From: the human T2T-CHM13v2.0 reference genome, Homo sapiens
DNA length: 64,000 nucleotides
Assembly (NCBI RefSeq): GCF_009914755.1
Contig: NC_060942.1
Reading direction: 5' to 3' (one strand)
Below, in pieces: positions 63,465 through 64,000 of the stretch (its first letter is position 1; each line of letters starts with the position of its first letter). The notes under the pieces are model-generated. The model did no database searches. It was not told where the DNA came from and was given only the letters and a program-made list of their open reading frames with translations. Position numbers and translations under genes: made by a program.

Positions 63465-64000
63465 TCAGAAATGCCCACAAAGATTTGTTTCAGGTGGGAG
63501 AGTTAACATAGGCTTTGCCCATTATATTCATTTTTTTATTACAGTATAACAATTACCACAAACTTAGCAGCTGAAAATACCAATTTATGAGTTCACAGCT
63601 CTACAAGTCAGAAGTCCAGGATGGCATGACTGGCATTCACAAGGCAGAAATAAAGGTATTGGTGAGAGTAATTTCTCACCTGGAGGCTGTAAGAAACAAT
63701 CTCCTCCAAACTCATTGTTTGTATATGCAGAATTGAGTTCCTGGCCTGGGCAGGGTGGCTCATGCCTGTAATCCCAGCACTTTGGGAGGACGAGATGGGC
63801 AGATCGCTTAAGCCCAGGAGTTTGAGATCAGCCTGGCAAACATGGCAAAAACCCACCTCTACTAAAAATACAAAAATTTGCTGGATGTGGTGGTGCATGC
63901 CTGTAGTCCCAGCTACTCCAGAGGCTGAAGCGGGAGGATCGCTGGAACCCGGGAGGCGGAGGTTGCTGGGAGCCGAGATCGCGCCACTGCCCTCCAGCCT
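63465..64000 (-). repeat. Inverted duplicate of 55225-55757 (unique flank, MLT1E 3' part and AluJ at 63743-64000)
   Basis: 'tcagaaatgcccacaaagatttgtttcaggtgggagagttaa' is the reverse complement of ~55716-55757; MLT1/Alu junction is at the same position in both copies. Confidence 0.9.

Overview
Primate (hominoid, most likely human) AT-rich genomic DNA that reads as intergenic or deep-intronic. I find no supportable cellular protein-coding gene, RNA gene or CpG island. The window is mostly a nested stack of transposable elements. These include a 5'-truncated young L1PA (23.9-27.6 kb, source of the only long ORF), several older L1 and L2 fragments, and about 18 Alus (J, S and Y types). There are also three near-complete THE1 MaLR proviruses with 5-bp TSDs, solo ERV1/ERVL/MaLR LTRs (MER41A, LTR8-type, MER50, MLT2A, MLT1) and DNA-transposon fossils (MER2, MER44, MER5/MER58, MER63, MER94, MER103, half a MADE1). 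Subfamily names come from recalled consensus sequences and need a Dfam/RepeatMasker check; most boundaries of old elements are approximate. What the repeat annotation does not explain is a set of local duplications without retrotransposition hallmarks. One is a near-identical 303-bp copy (60325-60627 to 62346-62647). Another is an old inverted duplication of at least 530 bp (55225-55757 vs 63465-64000). A third is a ~170-bp copy set inside a hairpin-forming microsatellite (16956-17128 vs 18522-18693), and a fourth is a ~90-bp local duplication near 56.0-56.3 kb. Several LTRs also keep DUX4-type motifs. I cannot support a claim of a new biological system from this sequence alone.
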